Shown here piece by piece: positions 28,881 to 40,308 of a stretch of DNA of 64,000 nt (its first letter is position 1; the number at the start of each line of letters is the position of its first letter). This DNA comes from a virus: positions 16,484-80,483 of IMG/VR virus record IMGVR_UViG_3300046673_000114; one strand, given 5' to 3'. A model generated the notes under the pieces. It was given only the letters and a program-made list of their open reading frames with translations, made no database searches and was not told where the DNA came from. A program made the translations under genes and the position numbers.

Positions 28881-30199
28881 TGGACGCGTTTAAAGGGCTT
28901 ATTTCTGAAAAATCCGCGAGAATAGCGGTAATTGGATTAGGCTACGTCGGCTTATCTACTGCTGTTGCGTTCGCAGACGCTGGCTTTCAAACGGTCGGCG
29001 TCACGCGCACACAGAGCAAAGTAGACACATTAAACGCCGGGAATAGTTACCTACCCGACGTGCAGCGGGACACTATAATTAGCTCACTCGTCGGTAGCGG
29101 ATTATTAAAGGCAACAACTAATGTAGAAGAAGCAGTTGAATGTAGCGATGTTATTATTATTACGGTTCCTACGCCGCTCACGAAGTCAATGGAACCCGAC
29201 CTAACGGCGATTAAAGATGTAGGTAAACAAATAGGTAAAACATTAGATACGGGGCAGCTTATCATCCTAGAATCGACCGTCTATCCCGGCGTTACCGAAG
29301 ACGTGTTAGCACCACTTCTCGAAGAATCGGGGCTTAAAGCAGGTAAAGATTTCGGATTAGCCTATTGTCCCGAGAGATATAACGTAGGAGATATAGCTCA
29401 TTCTATATCGAATACGCCTCGAATCGTGGGCGGCATAACCGATGAATGGGGTAGCTTAGCGGTAGAGCTGTATCTTCATATTACAAAATACGTGTCTCTC
29501 GTTAAGAACATTAAGACCGCAGAAGCCACGAAGTTAACAGAGAACATTCAACGAGACGTAAACATTGCCTTAATGAACGAACTAGCGGTAGCATATCCAG
29601 AGATGGGGGTTGACATAGAAGACGTCATAGACGCAGCGAGCACGAAATGGAACTTTAACGTTTATAATCCGGGCGCAGGGGTTGGTGGAGAATGTTTACC
29701 AGTTAACGCGTATTATCTCACCTACCGCGCGCAGCAGCTCGGGCATTATCTCCCACTCATACGAACCGCGCGATTAGCGAATGATGCTATGCCTTATCAT
29801 GTCGTTAAACTCACACTCGACGCACTACGACAACATCAGTGTAAGATAGACGATTCGCGCGTAACGGTTCTAGGGGTGTCATACAAACCAAACATTGCAG
29901 ACCGGCGCGGAAGCCCGAGCTATGAAGTTATAGATACGTTAAAGAACCACGGTGTTGAGGTGCGCGTTAGCGACCCGTACCTTCCATATAATGAGATAGA
30001 AGTTGACGTTCTCGACGACACCGATGTAATAATTCTTATGACCGCGCATATGGAATACCTAACGCTCGATTTTAAAGAAATAAAAGAATGGGTAAGAACG
30101 CCGATTATCATCGACGGGCGTCGAAGGCTTAATGGTGAATATCTAAAAAGTTTAGGATTTACGTATAAAGGGGTAGGCGTGGTAAATGGAAGTTATTGA
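28880..30199 (+). CDS. Nucleotide-sugar dehydrogenase (UDP-ManNAc/GlcNAc dehydrogenase family)
   Basis: GLGYVG, TVPTP, LESTVYPG, CPER, GVGGECLP catalytic Cys; ATG coupled to the GT stop. Confidence 0.93.
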   Translation: MDAFKGLISEKSARIAVIGLGYVGLSTAVAFADAGFQTVGVTRTQSKVDTLNAGNSYLPDVQRDTIISSLVGSGLLKATTNVEEAVECSDVIIITVPTPLTKSMEPDLTAIKDVGKQIGKTLDTGQLIILESTVYPGVTEDVLAPLLEESGLKAGKDFGLAYCPERYNVGDIAHSISNTPRIVGGITDEWGSLAVELYLHITKYVSLVKNIKTAEATKLTENIQRDVNIALMNELAVAYPEMGVDIEDVIDAASTKWNFNVYNPGAGVGGECLPVNAYYLTYRAQQLGHYLPLIRTARLANDAMPYHVVKLTLDALRQHQCKIDDSRVTVLGVSYKPNIADRRGSPSYEVIDTLKNHGVEVRVSDPYLPYNEIEVDVLDDTDVIILMTAHMEYLTLDFKEIKEWVRTPIIIDGRRRLNGEYLKSLGFTYKGVGVVNGSY

Positions 30200-30578
30200 A
30201 CCGAATCTAGTTACTATCCCCGCTGAAGACCAAATCTATGAGCTAATTAAGCTCATTAAAGATAGTCGCGGTAATAAAGTTGATTTTCTAATGGGGCCTC
30301 TATGGCGCGAAGATACGATAACATATGATGGAAAGCTCGTATCGCGTATCTATCATTTAATAAACCACCATATTTACATTGTGCAGACTCTCGGCGTAGC
30401 GGGTAAGAATGTTTACCTACGTGTCTCAGGCCGTGGAAACGTGAATGAGATTACAAAAGAAGAAGCAATAGAAATAATAGGTCTACGTAAAGGCTACATT
30501 GAAGACAGCGACTTAAGGGATATTGGGCCGAATGATGACCCCGAAATACCATATCTAACATCGACATGCGACTGGTGA
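30186..30578 (+). CDS. Hypothetical protein
   Basis: Overlapping 130-aa ORF within the operon. Confidence 0.55.
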   Translation: MEVIEPNLVTIPAEDQIYELIKLIKDSRGNKVDFLMGPLWREDTITYDGKLVSRIYHLINHHIYIVQTLGVAGKNVYLRVSGRGNVNEITKEEAIEIIGLRKGYIEDSDLRDIGPNDDPEIPYLTSTCDW

Positions 30579-31162
30579 AAATGACGGAAAGGGTTTGTTC
30601 TAATTGTCATAAGCCGTTCGACGAACCTCACGAGTTTAAGCAGTGTGATAGGTGCCGCAAAATAGGGCGCGAAACTAAGCTCAAATGGTGGCACGAAAAA
30701 AGAAGAACGGCGGCAGGTCCCGTGTGCTCAATATGTCTTAAACCACACGACGGAAAATACAAAACTTGTGAGCGATGCCTTAGCTATAAGCGAAAATTTC
30801 GTAAAGAGCATCCAGAAGCCGACAATGAATGGTATCTAGCGCACCGGGACGAACTGCTTAAGAAATCTAAAGAATACCGTGAACAGACCCGCTTGATGGT
30901 TTTGACACATTATTCTAACGGGGAAACTCCGCGCTGCGCTTGTTGTAACGAACAAAATATTGAGTTTCTTTGTATAGACCATATAAACGGAGGGGGGCGT
31001 CAGCATAGAAAACAGCTAATAAAGAGCGGGATAACCCCGTATCTTTGGCTTGTTAGGAATGATTTTCCAGAAGGTTATCGGGTTCTTTGTTGGAACTGTA
31101 ACTCATCACTCGGACTTTACGGATATTGTCCCCACGATAAGGTGCCAAACTGTGATTTTTAA
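30566..31162 (+). CDS. HNH-type homing endonuclease (family A)
   Basis: CACC.E..IEFLCIDH..GGG..HR...GYRVLCWNCN..LG.YGYCPH. Confidence 0.85.
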   Translation: MRLVKMTERVCSNCHKPFDEPHEFKQCDRCRKIGRETKLKWWHEKRRTAAGPVCSICLKPHDGKYKTCERCLSYKRKFRKEHPEADNEWYLAHRDELLKKSKEYREQTRLMVLTHYSNGETPRCACCNEQNIEFLCIDHINGGGRQHRKQLIKSGITPYLWLVRNDFPEGYRVLCWNCNSSLGLYGYCPHDKVPNCDF

Positions 31163-31497
31163 AATGCAAGAGCTAAGATTAATCGGTGAAGAACTACACG
31201 AGGTCCCGATACAGTGGGAGGGACACATCGGTAGGCTACGTTGTCGAAAAAGTTGTTGGCAGCCTATTCGTGGTATTACGCTTCGACGCTGCTACGATTG
31301 TAAAAACTATGCCGGTCGGACTAAAAAGGTGGTATTTTGCGTGCTAAAAGTAAAAGAGTGAATAGAATAAAGTGTGAGTGTGAGGCGAGCCACAATTTTA
31401 ATTATATTTACGTTAGTGGTTTTACGGTAGATGATAAAAAGTCGGGCATCCGGCAGCATTGTGAAAAATGCGTACGCGCACAAAAAGATGAGGATTA

Positions 31498-32019
31498 ATG
31501 AATATCTGTTCTCAGTGTCATAAGTCACACGACGGTAAGTTTAAAACGTGCGAGCCGTGTTTAGACCACACTCGTAAATGGCGAAAGGAGAATCTTAGAA
31601 GAAATCGAGAGATAGGTCTTACGTATTATTATGCACATCAAAAAGAAATATTAGAGAAAGGCCACATATACCGTCAAGTAAATCGAGAGAAAGAAAACGC
31701 ACGTCAGCAACGGTGGCGCAAAGAGAATCCAGAACGATTAAAAGAACAGAGACAAGATAAACGATTTATGGTGCTACAGTACTATTCGCGTAGTGATATA
31801 CCCTTCTGCGACTGCTGCGGCGAAAAAACATTAGAGTTTCTATGTATCGACCATATAAGTGGAAATGGTAATGAGCATAGGCGCGAAACTAAAAAAGCGC
31901 CGATTTATGCTTGGTTAATTCAGCATAACTTTCCAGACGGATTTCGAGTTTTATGTCATAATTGTAATCTATCATTAGGTTTTTATGGCTATTGTCCGCA
32001 TAAGAGTAAAGAGGTATAA
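31498..32019 (+). CDS. HNH-type homing endonuclease (family A)
   Basis: CDCCGE..LEFLCIDH...GFRVLCHNCN..LG.YGYCPH. Confidence 0.85.
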   Translation: MNICSQCHKSHDGKFKTCEPCLDHTRKWRKENLRRNREIGLTYYYAHQKEILEKGHIYRQVNREKENARQQRWRKENPERLKEQRQDKRFMVLQYYSRSDIPFCDCCGEKTLEFLCIDHISGNGNEHRRETKKAPIYAWLIQHNFPDGFRVLCHNCNLSLGFYGYCPHKSKEV

Positions 32020-32020
32020 A

Positions 32021-32815
32021 ATGGTGCTTAGAAGAGAATATAAGGGAGGGATAGGTCGCGTTTATGTGGATGAGAATGACCGAGAGTACCCCTCAGTAAC
32101 TACCGTCTTACAGACGCTCTCAAAGGGGCCGTGGTTAGAACGGTGGCAAGACACGATGCGCGTTAACCACTTTACAGAGACATTCGATAAACACATTGAA
32201 AGCCTCGACGGAGATACGCGTAATAAAGTAAATAAAGAAAAGGTTCATCGTATCTTTAAAAGCGCACTAGCCGCGCCTAATAATTATAGAGATATGAAGG
32301 GCGCACAGGGTGACTTTTATCATAAGATGCTCGAGTCGTATTTAAAAGACGATAAAGGCGAACATCCGGTAGAGTGGTATCTCGCGCAGGACGAGAGAGC
32401 GGAAAAGGTATTAAATAACTTTAAAAAATGGGTGTGGAAGACGCAGTTAAAACCGATAAAGGTCGAACATTATCTACACTCAACGAAATACGGTTTCGCT
32501 GGAACCGTTGATTTAGTTGGTACGCAGACAACAAAAGACGGCGATAAGGAGTTAGTTCTAGTAGATTTTAAGACGGGAAGCGTGCAGAAAGACCAGTTGC
32601 TTCAATTAGCCGCGTATGCTAAAGCATACGAAGAACGATTCTTCTTACGACCTAAACGAGCTTTCTTTTTAAAGGTCGACGTCGATGCGGGGTCGGTAGG
32701 TGAACAATTACGGGTAGAAAATGGCACCCTAGAACAATTATTTGAGCTATATATGTGCTCATTTAGATTATGGTGCTGGCGGAATGATGTTAAGTTTCAA
32801 GTGTTAGATGAGTGA
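32021..32815 (+). CDS. PD-(D/E)XK exonuclease (phage recombination type)
   Basis: YPSVTTVL, GFAGTVDLV, VDFKTG and QLAAYA. Confidence 0.88.
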   Translation: MVLRREYKGGIGRVYVDENDREYPSVTTVLQTLSKGPWLERWQDTMRVNHFTETFDKHIESLDGDTRNKVNKEKVHRIFKSALAAPNNYRDMKGAQGDFYHKMLESYLKDDKGEHPVEWYLAQDERAEKVLNNFKKWVWKTQLKPIKVEHYLHSTKYGFAGTVDLVGTQTTKDGDKELVLVDFKTGSVQKDQLLQLAAYAKAYEERFFLRPKRAFFLKVDVDAGSVGEQLRVENGTLEQLFELYMCSFRLWCWRNDVKFQVLDE

Positions 32816-33354
32816 ATTCGATAATTTGGATAGGCTTTCTATCGAGGAATTCAATAAACTATTAAACGATTTAGCGCGTAGTAACATAACGAGTAAAACA
32901 AAAGTAAGAGTATATGACGCACGATTTACGGTCGACCACACAATTAACACGTGTAAATATGACACTAAGGCTATGCAGAGGCTCGAGCGAAGAGTAGTTC
33001 GTGAGAGCTGGAACTTTAAAGGGGTGTAAGATGGCTAAAGAGTATGTGGTTCAGGATTTAGAAGACGAGAACCGTACCTTAAAAGAAGATGTGGAGTTTT
33101 TAGGGGCGATTCACGAAACCGATAGAAAACGAATCGAAAAACTCGAAGAAACAATTTCTATACTACGTAGTCAGCTCGAGGACGAGGCCGATAAGAAATG
33201 GGAGCTTCAACAAGAATTAAATCGACTTAAACCTGATACGGGGATGAAGATATGAGCTGGTTTAGTAATAAGGGAAAAGAATTAAAGATAGTGGAATGTA
33301 AAAAAATGCCGGAATTAACCGAAGAAGAATAATAAAAGTTGGAGAACATAAAAC

Positions 33355-34524
33355 ATGAATCATACGTGTGTTTACTTCATCGCGGGGGATTCGTATTCGA
33401 ACCTTCCCGAGATTAGAAGTGCAGGAATTATAGACGCCCACCTAGTTATTCATGGTGGGGGCGTAACACCGCCAAGCCAATTCGTAAAAGACTGCATTGC
33501 AGCCGGTCTAAGCCCGATATGCAATAACGGGAACGATGGTGGTGCAGGTTGGGATGGCTCAGCTAGTTACTACCCTAATCTATTTAATATGGGCTATCAC
33601 GCGGCCGGTGGCGAATCCGAGCAAGCAAACGAGATTGATGCGATAATGAATTCTGGTATATTCCTCGACTACGGTGGAGAAGGAACCGGCGGGGGAACCA
33701 ACGACGATGTTTGGAAGGAAACACATACCGCGCCCGTTCACGGCGGGGGCTGTGCCGGTTACTACGAAACCTACGATGGTTCCGATAACTTTTGGGGTTG
33801 GGACGTCGTAGGTAGTGGAATGAAAGACGCGAAAGCGCACGGCGTGAAAGAAATAGGCATAATGATTGGCTCGTGGATGCTAGACCACTCGACTGTGCAA
33901 GACTACATAACACTCGCGCAGACGATGGAATCTAACGGAATCACTTGTGCGGGTTTCGGGGTGTGGTCGGGCTATAATAATAACATGAATAACGTCTATA
34001 ACGAGTTTGCGAGCTGGTATCAACAGCTAATGGCGATTTGGCCGCCAACAAGCATCACAATGAAGAATCGGTTTAGTGGTCCGACACCAACGCCAACACC
34101 CACACCGGCACCAGTAGCCGCCGACGGCTCTAATCCCGCAGTAACGTATCTAAACGGCGTGAAGTATTCATTCGCTCGTGGCCTAAGTAACGCGCTATAT
34201 TACCTCACCGATGGCGCGACGAAGTGGCTCTCTCTCGGTGGTACGTTAACCTCGGGAGTAGCGGCCGAAACAGTCGGTAACGAGATTTACATATTCGGTA
34301 GAGGGGCCGATAAGAAAACAACATACTATCGAACACTCACGAAAGAATGGACTTCAATCGGTGGAATCGCTACGAGTTCGCCCGGCTTAACACTCGACAG
34401 CAACGGTAAGACACTTCTCGTAGAAGTTCGCGGTGGTGATAAAGCAGTCTGGTATAGGACTCTCGATACCACAACAGGCGCAGTATCGCCGGAGTGGCTT
34501 TCTCTCGGTGGGGTGCTTAATTGA
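33355..34524 (+). CDS. Putative glycoside hydrolase barrel + PT linker + three lectin-type blades (endolysin-like)
   Basis: N-terminus homologous to 7565..8572; C-terminus homologous to that of 55121..56368. Confidence 0.65.
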   Translation: MNHTCVYFIAGDSYSNLPEIRSAGIIDAHLVIHGGGVTPPSQFVKDCIAAGLSPICNNGNDGGAGWDGSASYYPNLFNMGYHAAGGESEQANEIDAIMNSGIFLDYGGEGTGGGTNDDVWKETHTAPVHGGGCAGYYETYDGSDNFWGWDVVGSGMKDAKAHGVKEIGIMIGSWMLDHSTVQDYITLAQTMESNGITCAGFGVWSGYNNNMNNVYNEFASWYQQLMAIWPPTSITMKNRFSGPTPTPTPTPAPVAADGSNPAVTYLNGVKYSFARGLSNALYYLTDGATKWLSLGGTLTSGVAAETVGNEIYIFGRGADKKTTYYRTLTKEWTSIGGIATSSPGLTLDSNGKTLLVEVRGGDKAVWYRTLDTTTGAVSPEWLSLGGVLN

Positions 34525-35031
34525 GTTCAGTAGAAGAGATGCTAAAGCGCGAGCCGAGTTGGCGACCAACAAAATGGTATGAGGAAGCCGTGATGAAAGA
34601 CGAGATTCGCAAACGAATCGTTAATAGAAAGAAAAATGACGGCTGAGATATACTATACTCGAGATGGGGTGCGCTATCGGCGCGTCCCGCCTTTTTTTAA
34701 AGAAGAGGAAGATGAGCAACAAAAAGAAGATACCGACGAGAACGCCGTGTAGGTGTGAATCCTGCGGGAGAGTTAACGGAGATATGGGAATTATAATATT
34801 CGAAGATTGGGGCGAATCGGTGTATTGTCAACTAAAAGACGCGTGGTTTCCGATGGGCTACACGTGTTATAGCTTTTTATCGTCTGCGTGGTGAACTATG
34901 GGAAGTGTGTACTATAGAGTACCCGTATGCGACGACATACTTAAGTCGATTAAGATAAAAGCCAACGAAGAAATGGCCACGGTTTCGGCGGTAGCAGAAA
35001 AGCTCATTGACCAATTTATCGCGGAGCTTGA

Positions 35032-35424
35032 ATGAGAAAATGTACTAAATGTAGTAATATGATTAATGCCGACGATAGGCATAAGCTATGTCCTCGTTGT
35101 CGTGAAAAGAATAAAGAAATAAAGCTTAGAGTAAGAAAAGGCCGCGAAGAAAGAGGCGTCTGTACGCAATGCGGTAAAAAAAGAGATAGTGAGTTGTACC
35201 TCTTATGCGCTAAATGTCGTGATAAAAAAAGTCATAGTCCCTCTCGCGTAAAGCGTGGCGTTAATAAAACAAATCCAGTTCGCGTGTATCCTACACACAT
35301 TAACCTAAGTAAAGCGTATATCATCAAAGTAGACGAGGTGGCCGCGAGAGCGCACCTAACTAGAACGGATATAATGGAAACGCTCATCTCGAAATATATA
35401 AATCGCGTTGAGGTCTGGAAGTGA
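35032..35424 (+). CDS. Cys-rich zinc-binding protein with RHH-like C-terminus
   Basis: Four CxxC motifs + THINLSKAYIIKVDEVA...TRTDIMETLI. Confidence 0.6.
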   Translation: MRKCTKCSNMINADDRHKLCPRCREKNKEIKLRVRKGREERGVCTQCGKKRDSELYLLCAKCRDKKSHSPSRVKRGVNKTNPVRVYPTHINLSKAYIIKVDEVAARAHLTRTDIMETLISKYINRVEVWK

Positions 35425-36083
35425 GTTCTAATTCGCAAGAATATAATCAACGGTGGCGGGAAGCAAATAAAGAGGCCATACGCGACTCAAACCAAAAATA
35501 TCGTTTAGCTCACGCAGAAAAGATTTCTAAGCAAATTAAGATACGGTATCAACGGCTTCGCGATAGTGGGTTATGTGTCAGGTGCACTAATCCGCGCGAA
35601 AAACATAAGCAGTATTGTGATAGCTGTCTTAAAAAGCATAACGCCGAAGTTAAAAAATGTCGAGAAAAACATATTAAAAGTGGATTATGTCGCGCTTGCG
35701 GCCTCCCGCGCGAACAAGAAAATAAAGTACATTGTAATAAATGTCTTATGAAGTATCGCGACGATACAAGAAAGAATCAGGAACGATTTAGACACACCGC
35801 GCTTTCTTTTTTAACGGACGGAAAAATGTGCTGTAGTAACTGCGGGTTGCCTATCTATCAAACTCTTGAGTTCGACCATATAAATAACGACGGGGCTGAG
35901 CATAGACGACGAGAAGCTGGTAGGTGGTTCAGTTTTCCTAAATGGCTTATCGATAATAACTTTCCTAATGGCTTTCAGGTTCTTTGTGCGAATTGTCATA
36001 GTTTTAAAACAAAAGGGGGTAAGTTACCAACTAAAAATGAACTTATCGCGGCGTATGAAACCGCGATTAAGTTTTTGGAGTAA
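35421..36083 (+). CDS. HNH-type homing endonuclease (family A)
   Basis: CSNCGLP...LEFDHINNDG.EHR...FP.GFQVLCANCH; C-terminal tail shared with 12878..13420. Confidence 0.85.
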   Translation: MSSNSQEYNQRWREANKEAIRDSNQKYRLAHAEKISKQIKIRYQRLRDSGLCVRCTNPREKHKQYCDSCLKKHNAEVKKCREKHIKSGLCRACGLPREQENKVHCNKCLMKYRDDTRKNQERFRHTALSFLTDGKMCCSNCGLPIYQTLEFDHINNDGAEHRRREAGRWFSFPKWLIDNNFPNGFQVLCANCHSFKTKGGKLPTKNELIAAYETAIKFLE

Positions 36084-37212
36084 GAAAATGAAATTAAGCG
36101 ACATTCTAGAGTTTATAACGTTATTCGAATTAGAGCGACTTAGTGAGGGGATTGTGGAAGTTAAAACAGAGAATGACATTTTAGCGGTTTATCACGTGTA
36201 TGTAATGATATACAGCGCTTGGGAACATTATTTTAAAAACGGTAATGTATAGTTATTTCATAGGTAACGATAAGCGAGAAGCTACCGGCTTCTGCACGAA
36301 GTGTCAGGTTCCGCTTAGTATGCGAGCTTCAACGATAGAGGGGCAGTTCTATTGTCCTTTCTGCGCGGACTTACTTATTAGACAATATCTAGAAACGTAT
36401 GGGTTCGGCTTAGCTCTCGAGAAAGACTTTAGCACAGAAAAAACGGAAAACGTGAGTCACTATGGATAAGAAGAGCGAATATTGTAGAACCGGCTGCATG
36501 TGGCTTCTTTGGACTAAACTGGGGAATCATAATAAATGTCTCTTAGATACAGAGCCGACACGGGCCGATAACGGTTACATTTACTGCGACGATTATAAAA
36601 CTTAGAAGGAGATGAGTAAGATACCCGCACACTATCATCCTTGTGCCAACTGTGCTAAGGCCCGAGAGTCGGGCTATCCGACTATGTTCTATTGTGAAGC
36701 AAAAAGCATACAAATTCCGAATGAAGAAACGATGCACGGTTGCATAACCTACGCGCCGAGAACGGACGGGCAGGTATACATATGAAACGCGACATTCTTG
36801 GCGAAACTAAGTTTTGTGTTGTATGTAAAAACGAGTTTCGAGATACGCTCGCACACTGGAATGGAAGACTTCTCGTGTGGAAGCGCGGCCGGTCACGAAC
36901 AAACTGTTGCTCAGACGTGTGTGCAAAGAAACGTAAAGCCGCACGAGACTTAGCCTATAAACGCGCGCGAACCGTAAAAAATCGCGCGAGAGAATATGAG
37001 TGAAGAAAAGCGGCATATGTGTAGAGACTGCCTAAAGGCGCTTCGCACAAGAGAAGACACAAAGAGTAGACGGTCTGAAATAAAATGTACGGTTACTAAT
37101 ACGTGGCTTAGTCCTTTCGCGGACACGTGTAAGCATTTTAAGCTGCGCGGCGAAGACCGAGGCATAGGTAGGGCGCTTAAGACCCTAATAGACGGAAGAG
37201 TTCAATTAAAAG

Positions 37213-37797
37213 ATGAGCGAAATAAATACTAAGGATAATCCTTATTTCATTCGTGAAGAGGAAGTTTCGTTAGACAAGCTTAAGCCTAACGAGAAAAACC
37301 CGCGAAAGCATCCCGAAGACCTTATAAAACGATTAGTCGCGAGTATAAAAGAATTCGGTAAGACCATGCCGATGATTGTCGACGAGGATTATAATATCAT
37401 TGCGGGTCACGCGCGGCTTAAAGCAGCGCAGAGAATGGGCTTAACAACCTTTCCGGTTAGAGTATTCAAGTTTCCGGCCGGAAAGGATAGGGCGTATCTA
37501 ATTGCCGATAATAAACTAGCCGAGATGAGTGAGTGGGATACCCCTCTTTTAGCAGATATGTTCGAAGAGCTATTAGAAGCAGGTATTCATCTCGATATAA
37601 CCGCGTTTACCATAGAGGAACGCGATGAGATTATGGCCGAGCCTATGATGGCTCCCGATAGCGAATTCGGCGCGGGAGAAAAGGACTTCGTTATAGTCTC
37701 CTTTAGAATGACGAAGGACGAATTCGAGTTATATAAAGCTGATGTTGATGAGTTCATAGGAAAAACCAATTTAACGCCCCACATACAGGAGATATAA
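37213..37797 (+). CDS. ParB/Srx N-terminal domain protein
   Basis: LKPNEKNPRKH, SIKEFG, IIAGHARLKAA and IADNKLAE. Confidence 0.9.
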   Translation: MSEINTKDNPYFIREEEVSLDKLKPNEKNPRKHPEDLIKRLVASIKEFGKTMPMIVDEDYNIIAGHARLKAAQRMGLTTFPVRVFKFPAGKDRAYLIADNKLAEMSEWDTPLLADMFEELLEAGIHLDITAFTIEERDEIMAEPMMAPDSEFGAGEKDFVIVSFRMTKDEFELYKADVDEFIGKTNLTPHIQEI

Positions 37798-38174
37798 ATG
37801 AGACTTACGGCGAGCCGAGTAGAAGAGTTAAACGTCTTCGTGTTTGTATTTTGTATGACCGTTGGAACGCTCGAATTAGTTCTAAATGTCCCTATTCTTT
37901 CGCCGGTGTTCGCGTCGCTCGTGTATTCTCTAGGAATTCTAAATCTTGTGTGCTTTATACAAGGATACTAAAAAATGCCGATTAAAGGCTGGCCGCTACC
38001 GTGGGAATAAATTATGAAGCGAAACATTCATCAAAATACGGTTAAACGAATCATAAAAGGAAGCTCGACTATCGAGGATTGTCCTCTCTGCAAAGAGAAA
38101 GATTATATGTACCTAACATTCTGCTTAACGTGCCTCGATAACGAAGGCGTTAACCGCGAGAAAGGCTATGTCGA

Positions 38175-38789
38175 GTGCGGCCGGAAGAAATAATGAAATC
38201 AATAAAAAAAGAAAAGAGACTAACTAAAAAAGAGCAGCTTCAAAAAAGAAGATATGATTTTTGGAGACTTATGTCTCACGGCGCAACTCTAGCCGACGCC
38301 GTTAAGATGATTTCAGAGAAATACGGTGTCGGTAAAGCCGTTTTATATAGCGATTGGGCTAAACGAGAGGAATGGGGTGTCGTCGAGGAACCAGAGAAAA
38401 ATAGAATAGTAAAAGATGGTCTGTTTTCATTACAAGAAACAAGACGTTATCTTTGGAATCTTATTAACGCTTCACCAGAACAGCTTAACGAAGACGGGGT
38501 ATTAGTCGACTCTCGAGGCGTGCCGATGTGGCCGTTTGAATTACCAGATGTTAAGTTAAGAGCTACTACGATAGCGAAGATTATAGAAACAGATTTCGCG
38601 GTTATCCGAATGACGCAAAGCATAGGCATCGTTCCGCAAAAGGGAATGACTATTTCTATGTTATCCGAAAACTCTGCTGAAATAGAAAAGAACCTAGACG
38701 CGTATTGCGGTGACGATGTAGAGCTAAAAAGAGCGGTATTAGTCGCACTCGATACGATGGCGAGGGGTGTAAGTGGCGAAGACTCCTAA
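38175..38789 (+). CDS. Terminase small subunit candidate
   Basis: N-terminal HTH (ISEKYGVGKAVLYSDW); overlaps the terL ATPase gene. Confidence 0.55.
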   Translation: MRPEEIMKSIKKEKRLTKKEQLQKRRYDFWRLMSHGATLADAVKMISEKYGVGKAVLYSDWAKREEWGVVEEPEKNRIVKDGLFSLQETRRYLWNLINASPEQLNEDGVLVDSRGVPMWPFELPDVKLRATTIAKIIETDFAVIRMTQSIGIVPQKGMTISMLSENSAEIEKNLDAYCGDDVELKRAVLVALDTMARGVSGEDS

Positions 38790-39651
38790 ATACACACTAA
38801 AGAAAAGACCGCGCGGTAGGCCGCGTAAAGAGAAACCGGCAGCGAAAGAGAAGAAAGAATACTCTACCGATGCAGTTCGTTATCTAAAGTATAAGATGGC
38901 CCCGGACGTGTGGGTAGAAGAAAACTATGATATAACGCTCGATTCGTGGCAGAAAGAAGCATTAAACACCCAATCGAATCGCCTACTACTTAATTGTTCA
39001 AGACAGGCGGGAAAATCGACCGTTGTTTCTCTATTAGCGCTACACCATGCGTTATTTACACCTAAAGCATTAGTCCTCGTCGTCTCACATACGGATATTC
39101 AAGCGAAAGAAACGTTTAAGAAAATAGCCGATAGCTTCCACGACCTAAAGACCGAATGGTATAAAAGCGAAGTAGACACCGTTTATGAGATTAGGTTTAA
39201 CAATAAAAGTCGTATCATAGCACGAACGGGACAACAACCAGATAGCTTACGAGGGTATAGTGGTGTTACGCTTTTAATCATCGACGAAGCTGCATCAGTT
39301 TTAGAAGAAAGTTATATGGTTCTTAAACCAATGCTTGCCGTCTCGAAAGGAAAGGTAGTTTTGCTTTCTACGCCTAAAGGTAAACGAGGTTTCTTCTATG
39401 ATGCGTATAAAGACGCGCACGAGAATAACCGAGAGAGCTGGCATTACTTAGAAATAAAAGCCGACGATTGTCCTAGAATCACGCAAGAATACTTACTAAG
39501 TGAAAAAGAGCGCAATCCCGATTGGGTATTCGAGCAAGAATACTATTGTGTCTTCATTTCGAATGTGAGCAACATTTTTCCAAACGTTGCCGACTTATTT
39601 ATAGAAATGCCCCTAGACGACCACTGGTCATTCGATTTAGACTTGGATTAA
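38773..39651 (+). CDS. Terminase large subunit, ATPase domain only
   Basis: WQ motif, SRQAGKS, LIIDEA, LSTP, FEQEY; ends before the nuclease domain. Confidence 0.9.
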   Translation: MAKTPKYTLKKRPRGRPRKEKPAAKEKKEYSTDAVRYLKYKMAPDVWVEENYDITLDSWQKEALNTQSNRLLLNCSRQAGKSTVVSLLALHHALFTPKALVLVVSHTDIQAKETFKKIADSFHDLKTEWYKSEVDTVYEIRFNNKSRIIARTGQQPDSLRGYSGVTLLIIDEAASVLEESYMVLKPMLAVSKGKVVLLSTPKGKRGFFYDAYKDAHENNRESWHYLEIKADDCPRITQEYLLSEKERNPDWVFEQEYYCVFISNVSNIFPNVADLFIEMPLDDHWSFDLDLD

Positions 39652-39687
39652 GAATAAATATATAAGGTTATACGTCCTTTTGATATT

Positions 39688-40308
39688 ATGGATAAAAAAG
39701 AGTACCAAAAGCAGTATCGAGCTAGGCATAGAGATAAGCTAGCCGAGTACAGCAAGCGGTACTACGCCGAGAACAAGGATAAATTTGCTAAATTAAATAA
39801 GCAATACCGCGAAGAGCATAAGGAAGAGTTAGCTGCTAAGGCAAAAGAGTACAATAAGCATTACTACGTTGAGAATAGAGAGCAGGTACTAGAGCGTTCG
39901 AATAAATGGAAAGCCGAGCATAAAGAAGAGTTAAAAGTAAAGTCTAGAGAATATTATCTTAAGCATTACGAAGATACGTTAAAATGGAACGTCGAGCATC
40001 GAAAGAAAAAAGCAGAAATCGCTAAACGTTATCGTGAGACTCTTAATAAACGAGTAGAAGAGATTAGTCCTAATATCTGTTTTTTTAATGACGAACACGC
40101 TTGTAGAAGTCGTAAAGGCTGGAAGCTAGACCTACACGAAAAAAGTGGAAACGGTCATAATAAATGGGCCGTTAGGATTATTCTCGACGATACATCGAAA
40201 GCTAATGATTTTGTACGCTTATGCTCAAAACATCACGATATGGTACACGCTTTAATGGAGCTAGGCCGAACGTGGGATGAGATAGAGACGTTTATTAACA
40301 TATGTTAA
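39688..40308 (+). CDS. Divergent HNH-type endonuclease
   Basis: Basic helical repeats + LDLHE...VRLCSKHH..VH; own TATA box. Confidence 0.6.
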   Translation: MDKKEYQKQYRARHRDKLAEYSKRYYAENKDKFAKLNKQYREEHKEELAAKAKEYNKHYYVENREQVLERSNKWKAEHKEELKVKSREYYLKHYEDTLKWNVEHRKKKAEIAKRYRETLNKRVEEISPNICFFNDEHACRSRKGWKLDLHEKSGNGHNKWAVRIILDDTSKANDFVRLCSKHHDMVHALMELGRTWDEIETFINIC

